Positions 49,786-61,789 of a stretch of DNA of 64,000 nucleotides are shown piece by piece; within the stretch, counting starts at the first letter, position 1; every line of letters begins with the position of its first letter. Position numbers and translations under genes: made by a program. This DNA comes from Mobula hypostoma (taxonomy: Eukaryota), in the NCBI RefSeq assembly GCF_963921235.1, contig NC_086097.1, positions 210,306,001-210,370,000 on the forward strand. The letters are read 5' to 3'. Under the pieces are notes generated by a model that was not told the origin of the DNA, did not search any database, and saw nothing but the letters and a program-made list of their open reading frames with translations.

Positions 49786-50581
49786 AAAGCATTGTTGAAA
49801 CACATAACTTTAAAATGCAAAGCCTTGGATTACATTGTCAACTTAAAAAGCTTAAGTTTATGGCCTGACAGTAAGATGCTGGAGGCTAATATTTCTATTT
49901 TGATCTAGGGTGTTGTGTTTATTTTGCCAACATGGGCAATTACAAATGATGGAGTTTGCTGCTAGTGGCGAGTTCCCGTGCTGATTGTCGGTTTGACTAT
50001 TGTGGATGTATAGTTGTCAGCCTGTGCTTTCATGCTAGACTTATAAAAGGAAGCTCGGTATAGCAATACACAGTAAGGAGCAGTCGCCGTGGAAAAAGCC
50101 GAGGGAACTGGGTAAGCGGGTTGCTAAATCTGCGGAAAGTTAAATGTTTTGAATGTTGCTAAAATTCAGAAACATTCAAAAAGTACTCAACTTATTTTTT
50201 AAACAAAACTGGAATCAAGAATACTTTCAAACAATTAACTTTTAAGAAAACTCAATTCAAGCGTTTAAATTAATGAAATGTATTCTCTCAAGCTTTTCTC
50301 AATTCAAATAAATAGAGTCACTGTGACCTGGCTGAGGTTCAGATGGCAGATTCTGTAGGTTAAGTCCTGGGGAATTGCTGTAAGTGTGTAATGCAAGTCT
50401 GGATTCTCTATCATTTGGGAAATTACTGGAGAAACACTGCATGCAAGTTCGGGATTTTTATATTTGCTTGGGGATATCAAACTTGGGAGTACATGGAGAA
50501 TTTACATGCTGTCCCTGGATAACAAACAGGTTCTGTTTCTACAAACATCCTTTAGTCAGTTATCTCCACAAATACGCAAAT

Positions 50582-52570
50582 ATCAGAGTCAGGTTTAGTA
50601 TCACTGGCATATGTCACGAAATTTATTGTTTTGTGGCAGCAAATTTAACAAAAGCTAAATTTCAATAAGAAATGTATATAAAAATTAAGTAGTGCAAAAA
50701 GAGAGGAAAATGATAGTGAGGTAGTATTCATGGTTCATTGTTCATTCTGAAATAAGATGATGGAAGGGAAGAATCTGTTCCTGAAATGTGTGTGTGCCTT
50801 CAGGCTCCTGTACCACCTCTTTCATCAGAAGAGATGATGGGGCCTTTAATGATGGATGCCACCTTGTTGAGGCTTTGCTTTTTAGAGGTGTTGTGGATGC
50901 TGGAAAGGCAAGTGTCATGATGGAACTGGCTGAGTTTACAATTTTCTGCATCTTTTTCTGATCCTGTGCAGTGGTCCTTCCATACCAGACATTGATGCAA
51001 CCAGTTAAAATGCTCTCCATGGTACAGATATTTGTGAGAGTCTAGTGAAATAGCAATTCTCTTCAAAATCCTGAAGAAATGTAGCTGCTGTCATGCCTTC
51101 TTTTCGACTGCATTAGTATGTTGGGCTCGGAGATTTTGACATCCAAAAACTTGAAATTGCTCACTCTTTCGGTTCTGATCCCTCTCTGAGGACTGGTGTG
51201 TGTTCCCCCATCTTACACCTTTCTGAAGTCCACAATCAATTCTTTGGTCTTACTGAGATTGGGTGCAAGGTTGTTGCGGCAACACCACTCAACTAGCTCT
51301 TGTAAGCTTTCTTGTCACTATCTGAAATTCTGCCAACAATAGTGTGGTCAGGAAATTTATAGGTGGTATTTGAGCTGTGCCTAGCCAGTCATGGGTGTAG
51401 AGAGAATGGAGCAGTGGGCTAAGCACACATCCTTGAGGTGCACCAGTGTTGCTTATCAGTAAGGTAGAGATGTTATTTCCAATCTGTAGACTTTGGTGAG
51501 GAAGTTGAGGATCCAGATGCAGAGGGAATCAGAATCAGGTTTATTTTCACTGGCATGTGATGTGAAATTTGTTAACTTGGCAACAGCAGTTCAATGCAAT
51601 ACATAATCTAGCAGAGAAAAAAATAATCATAAACAAGTAAATCAATTACATATATTGAATGGATTAAAAATGTGCAAAAACAGAAATACTGTATATTTTT
51701 TAAAAAGTGAGGTAGTGTCCAAAGATTCAATGGCTATTTAGGAATCAGATGGCAGAGGGGAAGAAGCTGTTCCTGAATCGCTGAGTGTGTGCCTTCAGGC
51801 TTCTGTATTTCCTACCTGATGGTAACAGTGAGAAAAGGGCATGTCCTGGGTGCTGGAGGTCCTTAATAATGGATGCTGCCTTTCTGAGACACCACTCCCT
51901 GAAAATGTCTTGGATACTTTGTAGGCTAATACCCAAGATGGAGCTGACTAGATTTACAACCTTCTGCAGCTTTTTTTGGTCCTGTGCAGTAGCCCCTCCA
52001 TACCAGACAGTGATGCAGCCTGTCAGAATGCTCTCCACAGTACATCTACAGAAGTTTTTGAGTGTATTTGTTGACGTGCCAAATCTCTTCAAACTCCTAA
52101 TGAAGATTAGCTGCTGTCTTGCCTTCTTTATAACTACATCGATATATTGGGACCAGGTTAGGTCCTCAGAGATCTTGACACCCAGGAACTTGAAGCTGCT
52201 CACTCTCTCCACTTCTGATCCCTCTATGAGGATCCCTTTAGGAGGTACAGAGTCTCAGGTGTTGGAGCTTTTTGATCAGACCTGTAGGAATAATTGTATT
52301 GAATGCTGAGCTGCAGTCAATAAGCAGCAGCCTGAGATAGGTATTGCTATTGCCCAGGGTGATCCAAAGCTGAGTGGAGAGCAAATGATCTTGCATCTGC
52401 TGTAAACCTATAGAGGCAATAGGCAAATTGCTGTGGGTCTAGCTATTTGCTTAGGCAAAAGTTGATTCTTGCCATGCCTTCTCAAAGCACTTAATCAGAA
52501 TTGATATATGATTGCAACTGAGTGATAGTCATTGAGGCTGCTCACCCTGCTCTTCTTGGGTACTAGTATG
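50582..52570 (-). mobile_element. Rex1/Babar-like LINE fragment containing a second copy of the same family (~51527-52240)
   Basis: Two 3' tails (ATCAGAGTCAGGTTT at 50582; AATCAGAATCAGGTTT at ~51527) and two ESILTGCI...W blocks; RT of the outer copy resumes at ~52240. Confidence 0.8.
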
Positions 52571-52749
52571 ATTCACTCCATCATATGGTATAAATTACTC
52601 AAAATAGTAACCATTTCTCCACAATATTGCAATGAATGACATCAAAGCACATAAAACTGAAAGGAAAGAACAATTGCTCAAAGTGGAAAATTTGTAGGTA
52701 CAAATGTATGCAGGTCAGACATTTGAATATAAATATATTATAGGAACTC

Positions 52750-53140
52750 AGTCTCAATCCTGCTCACCCAATCTGAAACATGTAGCAGTCAAATGTCATC
52801 CATTTGATCCACCAAGGGAGTTTTCCACCACCATTCTGGTAGTGGTGTACATTCTCCCAATAGCCAATGTCAGGCAGGCACTGAAAGAACTGAGCACCAT
52901 GATCAGCACTCACAAAACAGTGCACCTTGATGCCTTCCCTACCATTATAGGAGATTTCAAACAGGCCAGCTTGAAGAACTCTCTGAACAACTATCACCAA
53001 GATATCACCTGTGTAACCAGAGAAACTAACACATCTGCGCACTGTTATAGCACTATAAAGAACACTTACAGTGTCATCCCATGTCCGCACTTCAGAAAGT
53101 CCAACCACCTGGCTTTAATTCTGCTCCCAGTATACAGGCA
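52750..53140 (+). mobile_element. Rex1/Babar-like endonuclease fragment
   Basis: VKCHPF.PPREF...VYI...GDFKQASL...CVTR motifs. Confidence 0.7.
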
Positions 53141-53930
53141 GAGGAATTATAGGCCAGTTAGACTGACTTCAGTGATTGAGAAGATGTTGCAGTCCATTAT
53201 TAAGAAAGGGAGTTTGTGATATTTGGAGACACATGACAAAAATAGGCCAACATCAGCATAGCTTCCTTAAACAGAGATCTTCCTTGATAAATCTATTGCA
53301 ATTCTTTGAGGAAATAACAGGCAGGATAAACAAAGGAGAGTCAGTGGCTGTTGTTTACTTGGATTCTCAGAAAGCCGTTGAGAAGGTGCCTCACATGAGG
53401 CTGCTTTACAAGATAAGAGTCCATGGTATTGCAGGAAATACACTAGCATGGATAGAAGATTAGCAGACTGGCTGGAGGCAAAGAGTGGGAATAAAAGGGG
53501 GCTTTTCTGGTTGGCTGTAGGTGCCTAGCAGTGATCCTCAGGGGTCATTACTGGTAAGTGCTATATGCCAAAATGATTTGGACAAAAGAATTGGTGGCTT
53601 TCTGGCCAAGTTTGCAGATGATATGAAGATGGGTTCAGGACCAAGTAGCGTTGAGCAAGCAGGGAGTCTGCAAAATTACTTTGATAGATTGGGAGAATAG
53701 GCAAAGAAGTAGCAGATGGAATATACTGTAAGGAAGTGTATGGTCATTCACTTTGGTAGAAGGAATAAAAGTGTAGACTATTTTCTAAATGAGGAGAAAA
53801 TTTATAAAACAAAGGAGCAAAGGGACTTGGGAGTCATTGTGCAGGAATTCCCTAAGATTTAACTTGCAGATTGAGAGAGTGGTAAAGAAGGTAAATGGCA
53901 TTCATTTTGAGAGGACTGGAATATAAGATT
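53140..53930 (+). mobile_element. Degraded CR1 RT fragment
   Basis: NYRPVRLTSV, YLDSQKAVEKVPH and KFADD remnants. Confidence 0.8.
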
Positions 53931-56900
53931 ATAAGATCATAAGATAGAAGAGCAGAGTTATCCCATTTAGCCAATCGAGTCTGCTCTGCCATTCCATCAT
54001 GTCTGATTTATTGTCCCTCCCTACCCCTTTCTCCTGCTTTCTCCCTGTAAAATTTGATTAATCAACAACCTATGAATCTCTGTCCTAAGTACACCCGATA
54101 ACTGGGCCTGCAGAGTGGTCTGTAGCAATGAATTCCACTGATTCACTACCCACTGCCTGAAGAAAATTTTCCTTATCTCTTTTCTAAATGGATGTCACTC
54201 TATTCCAAGGCTATACCCATTAAGTCTGCTCCACCATTTCATCATGGCTAATCCAATTTTCCTCTCAGACTCAATCTCCTGCCTTCTCCCTGTATCCCGT
54301 CATGCCCTGACCAATCAAGGCTCTATCAACCTCTGCCTTAACGAGACATAAAGACTTAGCCTCCTTGGCTGCCTCTGGCAAAGAATTCCACAGATTTGCC
54401 ACTCTCTGGCTAAAGAAATTCCTCCTCATCTCTATTCTAAAAGGACACCTGTCTATTCTGAGACTGTGTCCTCTGGTTTTATATTTTCTCACCATAGGAA
54501 ACATCCTCGCCACATCCACTCTATCTAGGCCTTTCACCATTCAATAGGTTTTAATGAAGTCACCCCTTATTCTTCTGAGTTCTAGTAAATACAGTCCCAG
54601 AGTCATCAGACACTCTTCAAATGACAAGCCATTCAATCCTGGAATGACTTTCATGAGCTTCCTTTGAACCCTCTCCAGTTTCAGCATATCCTTTCTAAGA
54701 TAAGGGGCTCAAACCTGCTCATGGTACTCCAAGTGAGGCCTCACCAGTGCTTTATAAAGTCTCAACATTACATCTTGCTTTTATATTTTAGTCCTCTTGA
54801 AATGAATGCTAAAATTGGATTTGCCTTCCTCACCATAGACTCAACCTGCCAAGTAACTTTTAGGGAATCCTGCACAAGGACTCCCAAATCATGTTGCACC
54901 TCAGTACTCCGTATTTTCTCTACGTTTAGAAAATAGTCAAATGTTTCATTTCTTCTCCCGAAGTGCATGACCATACACTTCCCAACACTGTATTCCATTT
55001 GCCATTTCTGTATTATTCTCCTAATCTGTCATAGCCCTTCTGTGGCCTCTCTACTTTCTCAAAACTACCTGCCCCTCCACCTATCTTCATATCGTCTTCA
55101 AACTTTTCGACAAAGCCATCAATTTTATCATCCAAGTCATTGACAGATAACGTAAGAAGAATTGGTCCCAACACAGACACCTACGGGACACTAATCACCA
55201 GCAGCCAGTCAGAAAAGCCTCCTTTACTTCCACTCTTTGCCTCCCGCTAGTCAGCCACTGCTCTGTCTATGCTAGAATCTTTCCTGTAATACCACGGGCT
55301 AGTAGCTTGTTAAGCAGCCTCATGTGTAGCACCTTGTCAAAGGCCTTCTGAAAATCCAAGTACACAACACCAACCAGGTCTCTCCTGCCTGTTATTTCTT
55401 CAAGAATTCTAACAGATTTGTCAGGCAAGTGTGGAGTGGCATTTGTAATTGTCCAGTCTTCCAGAACCATTATAGAATCTAGTGATTCTTGAAAGATCAT
55501 TACTAATGCATCCACAATCTCTTCAGCCACTTCTTTCAGAACTCTGGGATGTGTACACCATCTAGTCCAGGTGACTTATCTACCTTCAGACCTTTCAGTT
55601 TCCAAAAAACCTTCTCCCTAGTTATGGTAACTTCACACATTTCATGTCCTCTGACACCTGGAATTTCCATCACACCACTAGTGTCCTCCACATCCTCTTT
55701 AATATTATTGGCTAGTTTACTTTCATGTTCCATTTTTAACCTTCTTAATGACTTATTAGTTGCCTGCTGTTGGTATTTGAAAGCTTCCCAATCCTCTAAC
55801 TTCCTACTAATTTTTGCCCTATTATATGCCCTCTCTTTGGCTTTCATGTTGGCATTAATCTCTCTTGTCAGCCACGGTTGTGTCATCCTGCCTTTAGAAT
55901 ACTTCTTCCTCTTTGGAATGTATATATCCTATGCCTTCTGAAATGCTTCCAGAAATTCCAGCCATTGCTGCTCTGCAGTTATCCCTGCTGGTGTTCTTTT
56001 CCAATCTATTCTGGCCATCTCCTTTCTCGTGCCTCTGTAATTCCCTTTACTCCACTCTAATGCTGATGTATCTGACTTTAGCTTCTCCTTCTCAAATTTC
56101 AAGGTGAATTTGATCACATTATGATCACTTGCCCCTACATTCCTTCATCTTAAGGTCTCTAATCAATTCTGGTTCATTACACAACACCCAATCTAGAATA
56201 GCCGATCCTGTAGTAGGCTCAACCATGAGCTGCTCAAAAAAACCCATCTCGTAGGCACGCTAGACATGCCCCCTCCTATAATCCAGCAATCATTTGGTTT
56301 TCCCAATCTACCTGCATATTGAAGTCCCCCATGACTATTGTAACATTGCCCTTTTGGCATGCATTTTCTGTCTCCCATTGTAATTTGTAGGCCACATCCT
56401 TACTACTGTTTGGAGTCTGTTTACAACTCCCATCAGGGTCTTTTTACCCTTGCAGTTCCTTAGCTCTATCCACAATGATTCAACACCTTCTGACCCTATG
56501 TCTCTTCTTTCTAATGATTTGATTTCATTTTTTACCAACATAACAATGCTGCCCCTCTGCCTTCCTGCCTGTCCTTTTGATACAATGTGTATCATTGGAC
56601 TTTAAGCTCTCAGCTATAATCTTCCAGCCATGATTCAGTGATGACTACAACATCATACCTGCCATTCTGCAGCTGTCCTGCATGATTATCTACCTAATTC
56701 TGTATACTGCACACATTCAGATACAACACCTTCAGTCCCGTATTCACCCTTCTTGCATTGAAATTTTGGCAGCTTGGGACAGTAGTCACACCATGCTCAA
56801 CCTTTTGATTCAGAACTCTGTCTGAGGTCTTACCAACATCTACGTCTACAACCTATCCACAAACCGTTCTGGCACTCTGGTTCCCATCCCCCTGCACTCT

Positions 56901-57320
56901 AGTTTAAACTCCACCATGCAGCTTTAACAAACTTTCCCACTAGGATAGTAGTCCCCCTCCAGTTCAGGTGCAAACCATCCCTTCTGTACAAGTCCCACCT
57001 TCGCTGGAAGGGAGCCTAATGATCCAAAAATCGTATGCCCTCCCTACTACACCAACTCCTTAACCATGTATTAAACTGTATAATTTTCCTAGTTCTAGCC
57101 TCACTAGCACATGGCTCCTGAGATCACAACCCTGGAGGTCCTGCCCTTTAACTTAGCACCTAACTCCCTGAACTCCCTATGCAGAATATCGTCACTCATC
57201 ATACCCATGTCATTTGTATCATCATCGACCACAACTTCTGCCTGTTCACCTTTCCACTTAAGAATAGTGAGGATTCGATTCAAGATATCACAGACCCTGG
57301 CACCCAGGAGGCAACATACT
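53930..57320 (-). mobile_element. Degraded CR1 LINE(s): short 3' end (53930-54210) plus a long copy with ORF1, endonuclease and RT remnants
   Basis: RNFFSQRVANLWNSLP, YLDFQKAFDKV, KSPGLDG, VESLWIELRN and ORF1 VCCLLGARV...TNDMG...VVISG. Confidence 0.85.
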
Positions 57321-59719
57321 GTACCATCCAGGAATCTCATTAGCACACACAGAACCTTCAATATTTTGTCACCTTTAGAGTTGACTGTTCCAGTGTATTC
57401 TTGGCTGGACTTCCTGTTCAATACTCAGTAAATCTGAATTCATCTAAAACTCTATCCTATGTATTAACCTGACCAAGACCTATTCATTCATCATCCTTGT
57501 TCTTCCTCACTGTCCGCACTTCTCCAGGCCTGGCATCTTGATCCTTCCTGAATTTAATTGTTCTGTGATGTCTTCAACTACGCAAACACCCAATCCCTTG
57601 TCTCATATGTCACCTTACCCCTAAAAATCCAGCTCTGTGCAAGGTTTTTTGTCAACTACCACCTCTGTGGCTTTGGGACAATTCTTTTAATTCACAGAAT
57701 TCTAGTGCATTTCCTTGGAATGATTTTGTTATTTTGATGATGTTGTATTTTAGGGGACTTTGTTTCTAAAATCTACCTATTCGTCCATACTTTAGATCAA
57801 CTCTCTTCTGCTTGAAAGTCTCCTTTCCTACATCTAAAGCTTATTTAACTGTAAAGGTGTTGTTAAAATAAGATAAAAACACTGCTGGCTTGCAATTTAT
57901 AGATTAGTCAATCCACAATGAAAATGTGTGGCTATATAGGCACTATGTTTTGATCTGCATTCTTCATAAAAAATGAGAAAGCAAGTTAGCTTTAAGTTGC
58001 AGAGATGTCGGGAATCTCTAAAAGGATGAAGCAAGGGTAACTACAGAGATAAGATTCATGTTGAATCACCTGGCTGATAGTTTAGAGGGCAGCTGGAGAG
58101 AGTGACCATGAACACAAGAGCTCAAAAGCTATGAAATGAGGGCAATTATGGGGAACTCAAACAAACCAACAAACATAAAAGCTGTACAGTTTGAAGCTGA
58201 ACAAAATGCTTGGCAGGTCAGACCATGCTAAGGGAGAGAGAATTACAGATGGATGATCTAAAGCAGAAATTCCTATAGATCCTTATGATGTTATATTCAG
58301 TTGAGGAGAGGAGATACCATTCTGAGGATCAAATGATACATATTAGATCTTATATATTTATATTTATCATGTGTTTTTGGGTAATGTTATTGTGTTCTTT
58401 ATCTTCTATGTGTTTTTGGTGCTGCGTCGAATTTGGAGTAACAATTATTATGTCCTCCTTACACTTGTGTGTAGGAAATAACAATAATTAATCTTGAACT
58501 CTTGAATCAGTGATTTATCTTTGTGGACTGCCGAGGAACCAGGAGAGTGGGAAGAGAAGAGGTAAAGGGCGTTGCATTCCCCATGCTGGAATGAAAAAGC
58601 ACCGTAAGAAGAGGGCTGATTAGTAGAGACAGTAAAGCAGTCCAGGGAGATGTGAAGGGAACAATGCTCTCTGTGTACAGAAAAGCAAGGAGAGGGCAAA
58701 AAGAATTCTCACGGTGGAATCTCATTAAATTTTCATAAATTCCCCAAAATAAATGTACAAGCTGGTGGGATGTAAGGTGTGGATTATGGAAACACGTTAC
58801 TTATCTGTCCAGGAGCAGAACTGTAAGAGCAGAGATGAGGGAAATAGATGTGATACCCTGAATCTTAATACCAAATTTTAAGACTATTCCATCCCAGTTG
58901 ACATAACATTTGAATATGTGTCAAGAGACAATGAGCTTTAGGATTCTATTGTGACAATAGAAGATCAAGCAAATGAAGGCACTCGAGTGTCCATATTTCC
59001 AGGCAAGTAATAGTCTGAATAATGGAAATGATAGAGAGAAAAACTTGACGTGATAAATAGAAATTAAAACAAAATGCAGGAAATACTCAGCACAACAGGC
59101 AGAGAAAGAAATAGAGTTAATGTTTCATTCAATGTCTTCCAGCAGAGCTGGGAAAATAAGAAACAAGAGATAGCGAAGCAGAACAGAAGTACATGCTGGA
59201 GCCAAGGGATGCAGAACAGAGTTGTTGCTAAAATTCTGAATCAAAAAAGGGGAAGATGGGAAGTACCCAACCGGTTACAGGTGGATGTATTTGCACCAAA
59301 ACTAGCCAGATCCAATGTACAGAAAAGGCTTATTATCTGACATTATGGATTCAGTACTGAATATGGAGGCTTGTAATGTGATTAGATCACACTATGTATT
59401 TACCTGACTTTGACAATGAGCTTGAAGAGAAGGAATTTAAATGCATTCATGCATCTCATTTTTACAAGGGAAGAGAATTATCCCGCGCCATGGAACCCCA
59501 GAGAATGCATTGGATACTTTACAAGCACATCAGAACCCACGTGAAAATCAAAATGTTCACCAATAGTCATTCTTTGTTGAAAGTAAGGCTCAAAATGAAT
59601 CCTTTGGTACGTTATTAATGAAGCTAATATTGTTTGGAGGTAATTCATGAAAAATAAAACCAACATTTGTGATTACGGATTATGTGACGTAAGTGATTGA
59701 GTTAAGTCATGAGAATTGA

Positions 59720-60128
59720 ATGGCCATGCTCTCTTCTCAATGCTGCCACTGGGAAGGAGGTACAGGAGCTTTACATCCCACAATACCGGGTTCAGAAACA
59801 GTTATTATCATTCAACCATCAGGCTCCTGAACCGGCAAGGATAACTTCACTCAACTCAATAATGAACCGGTTCCACAACTATGACTCTACCTTCAAGTAC
59901 TCCACAACTCATGTTCTCGGTATTACTTATTTGCATATTTGTTTGTTACTTTTTTATTTGTAGAGTTGTCCTTTGCACATTGATTGTTTGTCAGTCTTTG
60001 AGTGTAGTTTTTCACTGATTCTGTTTTTTTTGTTCTACTGTGAATGACTGCAAGAAAATTCATCTCAGTGTAGTACATGGTGACATGTACACTCCTTGAT
60101 AATAAATTTACTTTGAACTTTGAACTTT
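59720..60128 (+). mobile_element. Rex1/Babar-like 3' end
   Basis: GGCCATGCTCTCTTCTC...GGAAGGAGGTACAGGAGC; tail AATAAATTTACTTTGAACTTTGAACTTTG. Confidence 0.7.
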
Positions 60129-60567
60129 GAGTCTATCTTCACAGTTGTATATTGTTGAAGAATGAAGTGGGAAGCTGAGAATTTGCCTGGGATCCTGAAG
60201 GTCTTAATGAAGTTGTGCAGAGCAGCCTTTCCTATGAAGAAGATATATGTGTTGCCTGGTCTAAATAGGGCAAACATTTTCAGTGTGCTGTATGCAAAGA
60301 AAGGCAGGTGAAGTTTCATAACTAATCTGTTTTAACACTCTACTTGTTAGATACCATTGCTTGGAATTAACGTAACACAAGAGAAGAGGCAGTAAACATT
60401 GAGAAAGAGCACAGTGGGGCAAAGAATATCACAGTTAAGAAGTTGATCTTTGTACTAGGGGAAACAGAGAAAGAGATTTACTTGACAGAAGAAGATGTAA
60501 AGATAATGTGCACAGCTCAGCAATCACTTTGTAGCAGATCTGAGAGAACTGATACCCAGAATACTTT

Positions 60568-61240
60568 ATAGAAACATAGAAAACATAGAGCACAACACAG
60601 GCCCTTCGGCCCACAAAGCTGTGCCAAACATGTCCCTACCTTAGAACTACCTAGGCTTTACCCATAGCCCTCTATTTTTCTAAGCTCCATGTAGCCATCC
60701 AGGAGTCTCTTAAAAGACCCTATCGTTTCCACCTCCACCGCCGCCCCGCCAGCAGTCCATTGCATGCACTCACCACTCTCTGCGTAAAAAAACTTACCCC
60801 TGACATCTCCTCTGTACCTACTTCCAAGCACCTTAAAACTATGCCCTCTCATGCTAACCAGTTCAGCCCTGGGGAAAAGCCTCTGACTATCCACATGATC
60901 AATACCTCTCATTATCTTGTACACCTCTATCAAGTCACCTCTCATCCTCCGTTGCTCCAAGGAGAAAAGGCCGAGTTCACTCAACCTATTCTCATAAGGC
61001 ATGCTCCCCAATCCAGGCAGCATCCTTGTAAATCTCCTCTGCACCCTTTCTATGGTTTCCACGTCCTTCCTATAGTGAGACAACCAGAATTGAGCACAGT
61101 ACACCAAGTGGGGTCTGACCAGGGTCCCATTTAGCTGCAACATTACCTCTCGGCTCTTAAACTTAATCCCACGATTGATGAAGGCCAACGCACTGCCTGC
61201 CTTCTTAACCACAGAGTCAACCTGCATAGCAGCTTTGAGT
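60568..61240 (-). mobile_element. CR1 3' fragment
   Basis: LVRPHLVYCAQFW...ERVQRRFTRMLPG; (ATAGAAAC)n tail on the plus strand at ~60568-60587. Confidence 0.9.
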
Positions 61241-61789
61241 AAAGAAGAAAGCTTTATGAAAGAAGAAAACATATTGAGGCTGATGAGTTTGTTTTGGATG
61301 TTTGTTTCTTTCTTTCTCAATAAGAAAAGAAGGATGTAATAATTGGGTACAATATTGGATAGGTATTATTTAAGAATTAAATTATGTGACCTACACCAGT
61401 TCTCTAGAAGGCACAAATATTTCATTCCAGAATTGTATGGTTCTGCAGAGAAATCACTGCAAGAAGGATTACATTTCATAAATGTGGATTTTTTTTTCCA
61501 TCATAACTTAAAAAAGTTTGAATATCATTGATACTGAATCCCCATTTTCTGTGTGGAACCAGTGATTGGCGTGTATACTGGAAACTGCACCAGTGTTGTA
61601 GTTAATCATGAAACAAATAAAACAGTAGATGCTGAAATCTGAAACAAAACCAGAAATGCTAGGAGAGTTCAGCCAGTCAATCAGCAATAACAGAAAGAGA
61701 GGGAATTCAATGTTTTGGATCAGTGACCCTTCCTCAGAATTAAGGGAAAAGTGAAAGTTTAATAGCTTTCAAAGGATCTGATCCTGGCT

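Noticed and set aside
57400..61700. Exons of the next syntenic gene (SDR16C5/PENK in mammals)
   Set aside because: No recognisable coding exon was seen; only repeat remnants.
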